Source: an uncultured delta proteobacterium
Lineage (GTDB): Bacteria > Myxococcota > Kuafuiibacteriia > Kuafuiibacteriales > Kuafuiibacteriaceae
Direction of reading: 5' to 3'
DNA: 64,000 nt
Assembly: GCA_963803435.1 (NCBI GenBank)
Contig: CAWDML010000010.1
Coordinates: 1-64,000 of the forward strand
The position numbers and the translations under genes are program-made. Shown here in pieces: positions 39,332 through 48,439 of this stretch. Within the stretch, counting starts at the first letter, position 1, and every line of letters begins with the position of its first letter. Under the pieces are notes generated by a model. It was given only the letters and a program-made list of their open reading frames with translations, searched no databases and was not told the origin of the DNA.

Positions 39332-41395
39332 ATGCGCCGGACCGTCCTCTGCTTCGCTCTCCTCGCCGCCTGCAGCCACGATCCCCAGGGCGACGACTGT
39401 TCGAGCAAATCGAACTGTGTCGACACCGACGCGGGCGCTGGCGGCGACGACGCCGGCACGATGGGCAGCGACGGAGGGATCAGGACGCTGACCTCCATCG
39501 CGATCGATCCGAGCGACGTCGAGCTGCTCTCCGAAGACGGCGCGCGCCCCACGCAACAGTTCGCGGTGAAGGGGCATTTCTCGGACGGCACCGAGGGTCC
39601 GGTGGTCGGCGCCGCCTTCTCGATCGACACGCTGGCGATCGGGGTCATCGACGAGGTCGCAGGACGCTTCGTCGCCAACGGGACGGTGGGCGGCACGGCG
39701 GTGGTGACGGTGACGGTCAAGAACGGCGGGCCCGATCTCACGGCCGAGTCCCACCTGCGCGTGAAGCTCGAACGCATCGTGATCGGCCCGGGGGTCGCGC
39801 CGGACGCTCCCGATCTCTTCGACACCGCGCCCCTGTTCGATCCGGCCCGCGCCGCGGCCGTGGTCTATCCGCTCGACGGCGCCGTCATGCCCGAGAACGT
39901 ATTCCCGGCCGAGGTACAGTGGTTGAACGGGGTCGCCGGAGATCTGTTCATGGTGGAGGTGAAGAAGCCGAGCGCGCGCGTGGTGGCGTTCCTGGCGCAC
40001 GACGGTGCGTTCACCAACTCGTGGCCCGTCGATCTGCGCGGGTGGCGGGCGGTGGCGCAGAGCGAGCAGGACCAGCCCGCGATGGTGACCGTGTTGCGGC
40101 GCGACGGGGCCACCGGACAGATCGTCGACTCACCCTCGGTCGCGATCCGTTTCGTCCCCGGATCGCTGGCCGGGAGCGTCTACTTCTGGGACATCGGGCA
40201 ACGGCGCATCCTGCGGATCGACGACGGCAGCAACACGGCCGTCTCCTTCATGCCGAACCCGCCGAACCCGGCGCCCGATACTCCGGGAGGCCCGATCCCC
40301 GAGAACTGCGTCGGCTGCCACAGTGTCTCCACCAGCGGGCGCTACCTGGCGGGACGGTTGGGCCCCGGCAACAACATCGGTGGGATCTTCGATCTGACGC
40401 TGGACCTCACGCAGCAACCGGTGCCGACGGAGTTCCCGGTGGTCTCGGACCCGCCGTCGCTCAAGTGGTGGTTCTCGTCCTGGAACCCGGAGGACACGCG
40501 GGTGGTCGTCAGCACCGACGAGGCGACGGCGCAAGCTACCCTGCGGTTCTTGGATCCGTTCGCGGGTGTGTTCGTCGATCCGGTCCAGGGGACCATGCCG
40601 GTGGGCGGCGTGACCCATCCCTCGTGGGCGCCCGACGGATCCGCGATCGCATATATCGCGAACGCCGACTCCTGGGGTGGCGTGAACACGACCGGCGACG
40701 TGGCGCTCCTCCCGATCTTGGGGCTCGACGCGGTGGGCACGCCCGGAGTGATCCACCGCGGCGCGGATCTGGCGGCCGCCGTCCCGAACGGTCTCGCGGA
40801 CAGCTACCCGACCTGGAGCCCCGACTCCGGGTGGCTGGCCTTTGCGCACGGGACCAGCTCCCGCAGCGAGAACGGAGCCGCCGCGCTCTACCTGATGAAG
40901 CGCGACGGCTCAGCGGTGGTCCGGCTCGATCGCGCCTCCGGCGGGACCGCGACCGCGGACACCTTTCAGCCCAAGTTCTCCCCGTTCCATGCGGGCGGAT
41001 ACTTCTGGGTGAGCTACCTGACCCGGCGCGACTACGGAAACGCGCTGGCCGGTACGCGCGGGAGCGCCCGCCAGCAGATCTGGGTCTCCGCCATCAGCGA
41101 CGCGCCCCGGGCGGGCGCCGATCCCAGCGAGGTCGGCTACTGGCTCCCGGGTCAGAGCCTCGGCTCCGAGAACATCTCCGCGTTCTGGGCGCCGCGTCCC
41201 TGCCGGCAGGACGGGGATGCCTGCGAGGTGGCGAGCTCGTGCTGCAGCGGGGACTGCCGGCCCGATCAAGGCGGCGCGCTGGTGTGCTCCCCGGTGATGG
41301 AGGGCGTGTGTCGCGAGGGCGGTCAGCCGTGCGGCGCCGACGGCGAATGCTGTGACGATCTGGTCTGCATCGGCGCGGTCTGCGCGAGCCTCTGA
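39332..41395 (+). CDS. TolB-like/PD40 beta-propeller lipoprotein with Ig-like region, CxxCH motif and Cys-rich tail
   Basis: Lipobox LAAC; HPSWAPDG, YPTWSPDS, PKFSP; CVGCH; C-terminal CCSGDC and CCDDLVC. Confidence 0.82.
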   Translation: MRRTVLCFALLAACSHDPQGDDCSSKSNCVDTDAGAGGDDAGTMGSDGGIRTLTSIAIDPSDVELLSEDGARPTQQFAVKGHFSDGTEGPVVGAAFSIDTLAIGVIDEVAGRFVANGTVGGTAVVTVTVKNGGPDLTAESHLRVKLERIVIGPGVAPDAPDLFDTAPLFDPARAAAVVYPLDGAVMPENVFPAEVQWLNGVAGDLFMVEVKKPSARVVAFLAHDGAFTNSWPVDLRGWRAVAQSEQDQPAMVTVLRRDGATGQIVDSPSVAIRFVPGSLAGSVYFWDIGQRRILRIDDGSNTAVSFMPNPPNPAPDTPGGPIPENCVGCHSVSTSGRYLAGRLGPGNNIGGIFDLTLDLTQQPVPTEFPVVSDPPSLKWWFSSWNPEDTRVVVSTDEATAQATLRFLDPFAGVFVDPVQGTMPVGGVTHPSWAPDGSAIAYIANADSWGGVNTTGDVALLPILGLDAVGTPGVIHRGADLAAAVPNGLADSYPTWSPDSGWLAFAHGTSSRSENGAAALYLMKRDGSAVVRLDRASGGTATADTFQPKFSPFHAGGYFWVSYLTRRDYGNALAGTRGSARQQIWVSAISDAPRAGADPSEVGYWLPGQSLGSENISAFWAPRPCRQDGDACEVASSCCSGDCRPDQGGALVCSPVMEGVCREGGQPCGADGECCDDLVCIGAVCASL

Positions 41396-41436
41396 AGTTC
41401 CTCGCCACCCCTCGCTCCGGCCGCTAGCCTCCGGGC

Positions 41437-41922
41437 ATGCACCTCGAAGGTTCGTGTCACTGCGGGCGCGTGCGGTTCTCGCTGGAGAGCCGTGACCCGT
41501 ACCCTTTCATGCGCTGCTACTGCTCGATCTGCCGCAAGACCGGCGGTGGGGGCGGCTACCTGATCAACCTCGACGGCGACGCGTCGACGCTCGAGGTGCA
41601 GGGCCGCGAGCACGTGAAGATCTATCAGGCCACGCTCGAGCGCAGCGGCAAGAAGTCGAAGAGCCAGCATCAACGTCACTTTTGTGGCGAGTGCGGCAGC
41701 CACCTCTGGGCCTTCCATCCCAAGTGGCCCGAGCATCTGCATCCGGTGGCCAGCGCGATCGACACGCCGCTGCCCGAGCCGCCGGAGAACGTCCACATCA
41801 TGCTGGGCTCGAAGGCGCCCTGGGTGGCCGTTGAAGGCAAGCCCGGTGACGCCCGCTTCGACGAGTACCCGGAGCAGTCGCTCATGCAGTGGCACGAGGC
41901 GCGCGGGTTGCTGATCGGCTGA
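41437..41922 (+). CDS. GFA/CENP-V family protein
   Basis: GSCHCGRVRF, CYCSICRK, RHFCGECGSHL. Confidence 0.92.
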   Translation: MHLEGSCHCGRVRFSLESRDPYPFMRCYCSICRKTGGGGGYLINLDGDASTLEVQGREHVKIYQATLERSGKKSKSQHQRHFCGECGSHLWAFHPKWPEHLHPVASAIDTPLPEPPENVHIMLGSKAPWVAVEGKPGDARFDEYPEQSLMQWHEARGLLIG

Positions 41923-41925
41923 CGC

Positions 41926-42759
41926 TCACTCGACGCCCCACCAGCGCTGCCAGGCCCGCGAGATCTCGTCGCGCTCGGGATCGGAGGCGCTCGCGCGCGT
42001 CGGATCACCGAACGTCTGGCCCGTGATGCTCTCGAGGATCGCGATGATCGCGTCGCCGACGATCTTCGGATCGACGACGTTGTCGCCGATCCGGTACGGC
42101 CCCGGCGCGATCGGCTCCGGGTCGCCCACGTGCGCGATCAGGAGCTCGACCGCCGGGTCGCCGCACGCGATCAGCTCGTCGAGGTGGGCCTGCACGGTCT
42201 CGGCGCCGGCGGTCCCCAGCGTCCGGACCGAATCCTCGATCGCGCGGCGGTACGGTACCTCGACGTCGGGCGCCCTTCGGAGTCGGTCCGTCTCGAAGGC
42301 GCTGCGCAGGTCCTGGATCGTCCGCGGTGAGTCCCCGACGGCCAGCCGGACCAGCTCGACGTCCGCGACCATGATGTCGGCCGTTCCGGTGCTCAGACCG
42401 ACCAGGAGCGATCCGTTGGGGAGCAGATCGCCAATCGCATAGGCCCGGAGATCTCCGGTGGTGAGATCGCGGATCTCGGCTCGGCTCTGCTCCCATCCTG
42501 TCTCCAGCCGGACGCGCTCCAGGGCGAGGCCTGGGGCACGCCCCGACACCGCGACGTCCGCCGTCGCCCGCACGTTCACCGGCACCGCGCGATCGCGCGC
42601 CGCCACCACCGGCGGCTGGGGCATCTCGATCCCCACGGGCAGCGACTCCACCGGCGACGCGTCCGGCTCGGTCAGCACCGACACCAGCGCCGCAGCGCTC
42701 CCTGCGAACAGGAGCGACGCCAGCACCACGCCGGCGCTGCCCACGGTCTGACGATCCAC
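41926..42759 (-). CDS. Hypothetical membrane protein with GspC-HR-like segment
   Basis: N-terminal TM; RAYAIGDLLPNGSLLVGL; HEAT-like tail ILESITGQTFG...WQRWW. Confidence 0.6.
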   Translation of the reverse strand: MDRQTVGSAGVVLASLLFAGSAAALVSVLTEPDASPVESLPVGIEMPQPPVVAARDRAVPVNVRATADVAVSGRAPGLALERVRLETGWEQSRAEIRDLTTGDLRAYAIGDLLPNGSLLVGLSTGTADIMVADVELVRLAVGDSPRTIQDLRSAFETDRLRRAPDVEVPYRRAIEDSVRTLGTAGAETVQAHLDELIACGDPAVELLIAHVGDPEPIAPGPYRIGDNVVDPKIVGDAIIAILESITGQTFGDPTRASASDPERDEISRAWQRWWGVE

Positions 42760-42802
42760 GGAGTTCGAGCCTACCAAGGGCGTCTGCGATAGAAATAGAC
42801 CC

Positions 42803-44449
42803 GTGCCGGAGCGAACCGTCCTCCTCCTCGCCCTATTCCTCCCCGCGTGTCCGTCGGAGATGGCCGGGGCTCCCGAACAGGATGCGGCTTCGATCAGCCG
42901 GGAGATCTTCTCGCTCGATCCCGAGGTTCGCTTGCCGCCGGCGAGGCGCACGGCTCCGATGCAGGCGCCTCCCCCCTCGGGCGCGCCGAGCCCCATCGAC
43001 TCCCTCGTGGTGCTGATCGACTCGAGCGGCTCGGGCGCGCTCGACTGGGAGCGGAGCGTCGAGACCGTTCACGCGCTGATCGACGCTCTCGGTCGCGGGG
43101 CCGGGCCGTCGACCCCCGTCCATCTGGCCGCCTTCGATCAAAGCTATCAACCGATCTACGAGGGCGCCATCGGAGACCTCTCGCCGGCCGTATGGCGGCA
43201 TCTGCTCGACCTCGGCGCATACGGCGCCTCGAACTGGGCCCTCGCGCTGACCGCAGCGGGCGCGACGCGCGGCCACTTCGCGCGCGTGCTCCTGGTGGGA
43301 GACGGTGTCGCCACCGCGGGCCCGAGAGATCAGGCGTCGCTCGTGGCCCTGGTGCTCAAGCTCGGGGCGGCCGGTGTGAAGCGGCTCGACGTCCTCGCGT
43401 TCGGTGACGCGCGAGACGACGCGCTGCTCACCGCGCTGGTGAAGGCGAGCCCGCACGAGCCGGGTGTGGTGATCGACGGCGATCTTCCGCTCGCCGAGAT
43501 CGCGCGCCGACTCTCGGTCACAGCCCCCGAGAGCGCGCCCGAGCCGCGGGTGCCGGGCCCGGAGCCGAAGCACCGCGCGCCCTCTCCCGAGCCGTACGCG
43601 GAGGTCATGGCGCTGCTGCCCGCCCACGCTCAGCAAGCGCTCGAGCGGGCCGTCGAGTGGCATCTCGAGGCGCCCTTCGAGCCCCTACCGCTGCTCGCGG
43701 TCGGTGAGGCCTACGCGATCGCGAACGACGCCAGCCAGGTGCCGAGGGTCTATGGGTCGCTGATCGATCTGTATCCGGCGAACGCGGAGATGCTCCGCCT
43801 GGCTGCATCGCTCCTGCAGATGCAGCGTGAGCAGTCGTCGGTGACCACCGCCGTGGAGGCGCTCGATCGTGCGATCGCACTTCAACCCGAGCGGCCCTCG
43901 TCGCACCGGCTCCTCGCTTACGCGCTGTTGCGCGCGCAGCGGGAGGCCGAAGCGCTGGCCGCGGTCGAGCGCGGGATCGCGGTGCTTCCCAACGGCCCGG
44001 CGCAGCTGGTCCTGCGCCACGACGCCGGACTGATCGCCGCCGCCTGGATCCGGAAGGAGCCGGCGAAGCGGACGGTCATCCTGTCGCACTTGATCCCGCT
44101 CGGCGTCACGGTCGAGACCCAGCCCTCGCTCACGTTCTCGCTCTACTGGGAGTCGGAGGCCGATGTCGCGCTCTCGGTGTCGGGGAGCCGGGGCTCGGTA
44201 CCGCTGTCGTTCCCCTCCGTAGCCATCGTTCGCGGCGAGCCGCGAACGCGCGCGTATCCGTACCGCCCGTGCGCGCGCGTCGGCGGGCTCGGCCCGCTGG
44301 GCTTCACCGCGGGACACCTCGAGATCGTCGAGCACGACGGAAAGGGCGGCCTCTGGTTCGCGGGCCGCTCGTTCGTGGTGACCAAGGCGGGCGAGGTCGA
44401 GCTGGGAGAGATCGCCCGACCTTTCGGCAAGAGCCGCGGCGTTCGCTGA
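42803..44449 (+). CDS. VWA- and TPR-domain lipoprotein
   Basis: Lipobox LPAC; MIDAS VLIDSSGS and LLVGDG; TPR segment. Confidence 0.75.
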   Translation: MPERTVLLLALFLPACPSEMAGAPEQDAASISREIFSLDPEVRLPPARRTAPMQAPPPSGAPSPIDSLVVLIDSSGSGALDWERSVETVHALIDALGRGAGPSTPVHLAAFDQSYQPIYEGAIGDLSPAVWRHLLDLGAYGASNWALALTAAGATRGHFARVLLVGDGVATAGPRDQASLVALVLKLGAAGVKRLDVLAFGDARDDALLTALVKASPHEPGVVIDGDLPLAEIARRLSVTAPESAPEPRVPGPEPKHRAPSPEPYAEVMALLPAHAQQALERAVEWHLEAPFEPLPLLAVGEAYAIANDASQVPRVYGSLIDLYPANAEMLRLAASLLQMQREQSSVTTAVEALDRAIALQPERPSSHRLLAYALLRAQREAEALAAVERGIAVLPNGPAQLVLRHDAGLIAAAWIRKEPAKRTVILSHLIPLGVTVETQPSLTFSLYWESEADVALSVSGSRGSVPLSFPSVAIVRGEPRTRAYPYRPCARVGGLGPLGFTAGHLEIVEHDGKGGLWFAGRSFVVTKAGEVELGEIARPFGKSRGVR

Positions 44450-44560
44450 GCCCGCGCTCTTGGAGGGACGATCCCGCTCGCGTTGGAGGTCTTGGGCCGC
44501 GATCGTTAATCTTGGGCGAGCGCGGATCCGTCGTGCTATGCGTTTCAGCCGGAGCGAATC

Positions 44561-47500
44561 ATGGGACTACGTATCGCGCTGCCGACTGCGCTCTTGGCGC
44601 TTGTGCTCTCTGGGTGTCCGGGTGGCGGTGACGTGGTCATCAACACGACCGCGCTTCCCGCGGGGAAGGTCGGCGTCGCCTACCAGGCGAGCATCACCGC
44701 CGCGGGTGGCGCAGGTCGAGGGTACCTGTGGCAGGTGACCGGGGGCGCCGTCCCGCCGGGGCTCACCGTGGCGGCCGAGGGGACGCCGTCCACGTCGGTC
44801 TCGGGGACGCCGTCAGAGGCCGGCACTTTCGACTTCACGGTCGAGGTGAGCGATGTCGACGGCAACTTCGGACGGAGCTCGGTCCGCCTCGTCATCGAGG
44901 CCGACGGTCTGCCCGCGAAGCTCGCGATCACCACGCCCTCGCTCCCGAGCGGTGCGGTCTCAGTCCGGTACCAGGCGGCGATCGAGGCGACGGGCGGATC
45001 CGGGTCCGGCTACTCGTGGAGCCTCCGCGAGGGCGCGCTCCCGGGCGGGCTGAGCCTCGGCGAGGCCGGCACGCCGGGCACCATGATCTCCGGGACGCCC
45101 GCGGTCGCCGGCGCCTTCCCGCTGACGATCGCAGTCGCGGACGACGCGGGTAGCTCCGCCACTTTGCAACTCGTCCTGCAGATCGATCCCGAGCCGCCGG
45201 CGCTCTTCATCCAGACCGCTCAGCTCCCTCCGGCGCAGGCCGACAGCGCCTACCAGGCCACGCTGACCGCCGAGGGGGGCGCCTCCAGCGGCTACGTGTG
45301 GTCCATCGCGGAGGGCGCGCTTCCGGCCGGCCTCACGCTCATCGCCGAGGGGACGCCTTCCACCTCGATCGAGGGGGTCCCGGCGGTGAGCGGCCGCTTC
45401 GATCTCACCGTTCGAGTCGAGGACGCGCTCGGGCTCTCGGCGGTCCAGGGTCTGGTGCTGGTCGTCGAGGACGGCCCGCTCGCGCTGCCCTCGGAGGTGC
45501 TCGCCACCGCGGTCGCAGGGGTCGTGTACTCGGCCACGGTCGCCGCCGCGGGTGGGACCGGCTCCGGCTACCGCTGGGAGGTTTCGCAAGGCGCCTTGCC
45601 GGCCGGCCTCACCATCGCCGCCAGCGGTACGCCTGCCACCATCCTCTCCGGAACGCCCACCTCCACCGGCACGTTCGACTTCGAGCTCACGGTCACGGAC
45701 GACTCGGGACAGACCGCGTCCGAGGCCTTCGCGATCGACGTCGCGCCCGCCGTCCAGATCGAGACCGCCGTGCTCCCGGAAGGTCGCCAGGGTGCCTCCT
45801 ACTCCGCGACGATCGACGCGGCCGGCGGCGCCGGCACCGGATACCGCTGGTCGGTCGCGCAGGGCGCTCTGCCGTCGGGCCTGACGCTCGGCCAGGGCTC
45901 GCCGTCTGCCGTGATCTCGGGGACGCCCAGCGCCTGGGGGCACTTCGACTTCATCGTCCGGGTCGAGGAGCCGCTCGGATCCTCGGATGATCGGGCGCTC
46001 AGCATCGATCTACTCCCGCGGCCCATCGCGATCGTCACGGCCACCGTTCCGAGCGGCACGGCGCTATCGCCCTACAGCGCTGTGATCACCACGATCAACG
46101 GATCGGGGACGAGCTACGCCTGGACCTTTGAGGGCGCGCTGCCCCCGGGCGTCGCGCTCGATCCGACCGGCACGCCGCCGGGCACCACGGTCTCGGGTAC
46201 GCCTCAGCTGCCGGGTACCTACACGGCCACGCTCACCGTCACCGACCCGATCTCCGGCGACTCGGACGCCCGCGCGTTCGCGTTTCAGATCGACGCTCCG
46301 CCGATCACGATCGTCACCGCGACCCTCCCGCCCCCGATCTACGGCTCGCCCTATTCGACCGCGCTGATCTCCGCCGGAGGCTCGGGCGCCGGCCTGGTCT
46401 GGAGCCTTTTGCAAGGCAGCCTGCCTCCCGGCCTCACGTTCCAGCAGAACGGAATGATCACCGGCTACCCGATCGTCGAGGGACCGTACGATCTGACCGT
46501 GCAGGTGCGGGACAGCTTCGGCTCGGTCGATACGCACCCGTACACCGGCGCGGTCGCGCGGCGCCTCACGATCCTGACCCGCGCCCTTCCGATCGCCGAC
46601 ACCGGCGCCAGCTACTCCGCGTCGATCACCGCCGCCGGAGGTACGGGGACCGGCTACGTCTGGTCGATCACCCGAGGCGCCCCGCCCTCCGGGCTCAGCT
46701 TGGCGAGCGCCGGATCGCCCGCCACGTCGCTCACCGGACTCACCACCGCGCCGGGCCTCTACAGCTTCACGGTGCACGTGACCGACTCGGGCGGGGCCTT
46801 CGCCTCCGCCGCGCTCCTCCTCCAGGTTCGCCAGCCGCAGTCGTCGGCGCTGATCGTCGGCGACCTCCTGATCGACAACGACAATGAGGTCTTTCTCACC
46901 GGACTCACCCCTGGGAGCACGCCCACACGGATCAGCCCCGCCGGCGCGGGTACTGGCGACGCGCTGACCGGGCTCGGCAGCGTCCAGTTCTCGCCCGATC
47001 ACACGCGCGCGGCGTTCCTCGGCGACTTCACCAACGACGGCACGATCTCGCTGTATGTGGTCAACCTGGTGCCGGCCGTCCAGGCCGCGTTCGACGTCAG
47101 CGGTTCGATCGTCGCGGGTGGTAACGTGACCGGTTTCGTCTGGTCGCCCAACTCGCAGGAGCTCCTGTTTCGCGCCGACAAGCGGGCGGTCGGCGAGTTC
47201 GAGCTCTTCTGGGTCGACATGCGCGGCAACTTCGTCGCCCCGGCCATCCGGCTCAGCGGTCCGATGATCGCCGGCGGTGGCGTCACGCAGGGCGCCTACG
47301 CCTTCTCGCCGGACGCGGAGAAGGTCGTGTATCAGGCGGACCAGAACGTCGACGGCGTGGACGAGCTCTTCCTGGTCGACGTCTTCTTCCCGGTGCCGCC
47401 GGCGCCGGTCCGCCTCAACCTCCCGCTCGTCCCGAACGGCGACACCGACGACGCCGTGATCTTCCTCCCGGACGGCGACCACGTGATCTACTGGGCGGAG

Positions 47501-48427
47501 GAGCAGACGGACACCGTGAACGGTCTGTTCATGGTCGACATCACCGGCGGGAGCATCAACGGGCGTACGCAGCTGAATCGGCACGGCGCGATCATCGATC
47601 GCGCCATGCTCTCCCCGGGCGGCGATCGCCTGCTGTTCGTCTCCGACGACGACATCACCAACGCCCGCGAGCTCTACCTGATCGATCTCACCGCGCCGGC
47701 GCTCCGGGCGTTCAAGGTGAACCCACCGTTCACCGACAACGCGCACGACGTCGGCGGCGCCCGCTGGTCCCCCGACGGCCGCCGGATCATCTACACCGCG
47801 GATCAGGACACCGAGGGCCAGGACGAGCTCTATGTGGTCGATGCGGACGGCTTCCTGATCGGCGCGCCCGAGCGCGTCAACGCCGAATTCCCGCAGTCGT
47901 TCACCAGCGTCGACTCGGACCCGATCGAGGGCTTCGGTTGGTCGCCCGACGGGACGCGTGCGGCGTTTCTCGCCGACACCACCAACGACGGCGCGTTCGA
48001 GCTCTGGCTCGCGGATCTCACGGTGCATCCGCCGGCGGCCACGCGCCTGTCTCCGGCGCTGCCGGCGTTCGCCGACGTGCAGCAGTTCCTCTTCGCCCCC
48101 GACTCGAACCGGCTGGTCTACCACGCCGATCAGACCGTCGACGGCCAGGACGAGCTCTTCTACGTCGACCTCTCGGGCGCGATCCCGGGGCCGCCGCAGC
48201 AGGTGAACCCGCCGCTGCCGGCCGGCGGCGACGTGACCTCGACCCTCGACGACCTGCGGTGGTCGCGGAGCTCGCAGACGATCTACTACCGGGCCGACCA
48301 GGTGGTGGACAACGCCTTCGAGGCCTACGGCGTCAGCTTCACCGGCGGCGCGCCCGGCGCGCCCTTCATGCTGCACGGCCTTCTTCCCACCAACGGCGAC
48401 GTCCTCCTGCTCGACGTCCAGCACTGA
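44561..48427 (+). CDS. Large lipoprotein with 8 putative Ig repeats and a C-terminal beta-propeller
   Basis: Lipobox LSGC; 8 repeats of ..T..LP.G.....Y...I.A.GG.G.GY.W....G.LP.GL; repeated ADQ..DG.DELF.VD and WSPD units. Confidence 0.85.
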   Translation: MGLRIALPTALLALVLSGCPGGGDVVINTTALPAGKVGVAYQASITAAGGAGRGYLWQVTGGAVPPGLTVAAEGTPSTSVSGTPSEAGTFDFTVEVSDVDGNFGRSSVRLVIEADGLPAKLAITTPSLPSGAVSVRYQAAIEATGGSGSGYSWSLREGALPGGLSLGEAGTPGTMISGTPAVAGAFPLTIAVADDAGSSATLQLVLQIDPEPPALFIQTAQLPPAQADSAYQATLTAEGGASSGYVWSIAEGALPAGLTLIAEGTPSTSIEGVPAVSGRFDLTVRVEDALGLSAVQGLVLVVEDGPLALPSEVLATAVAGVVYSATVAAAGGTGSGYRWEVSQGALPAGLTIAASGTPATILSGTPTSTGTFDFELTVTDDSGQTASEAFAIDVAPAVQIETAVLPEGRQGASYSATIDAAGGAGTGYRWSVAQGALPSGLTLGQGSPSAVISGTPSAWGHFDFIVRVEEPLGSSDDRALSIDLLPRPIAIVTATVPSGTALSPYSAVITTINGSGTSYAWTFEGALPPGVALDPTGTPPGTTVSGTPQLPGTYTATLTVTDPISGDSDARAFAFQIDAPPITIVTATLPPPIYGSPYSTALISAGGSGAGLVWSLLQGSLPPGLTFQQNGMITGYPIVEGPYDLTVQVRDSFGSVDTHPYTGAVARRLTILTRALPIADTGASYSASITAAGGTGTGYVWSITRGAPPSGLSLASAGSPATSLTGLTTAPGLYSFTVHVTDSGGAFASAALLLQVRQPQSSALIVGDLLIDNDNEVFLTGLTPGSTPTRISPAGAGTGDALTGLGSVQFSPDHTRAAFLGDFTNDGTISLYVVNLVPAVQAAFDVSGSIVAGGNVTGFVWSPNSQELLFRADKRAVGEFELFWVDMRGNFVAPAIRLSGPMIAGGGVTQGAYAFSPDAEKVVYQADQNVDGVDELFLVDVFFPVPPAPVRLNLPLVPNGDTDDAVIFLPDGDHVIYWAEEQTDTVNGLFMVDITGGSINGRTQLNRHGAIIDRAMLSPGGDRLLFVSDDDITNARELYLIDLTAPALRAFKVNPPFTDNAHDVGGARWSPDGRRIIYTADQDTEGQDELYVVDADGFLIGAPERVNAEFPQSFTSVDSDPIEGFGWSPDGTRAAFLADTTNDGAFELWLADLTVHPPAATRLSPALPAFADVQQFLFAPDSNRLVYHADQTVDGQDELFYVDLSGAIPGPPQQVNPPLPAGGDVTSTLDDLRWSRSSQTIYYRADQVVDNAFEAYGVSFTGGAPGAPFMLHGLLPTNGDVLLLDVQH

Positions 48428-48439
48428 ATCGAGGTCGCC

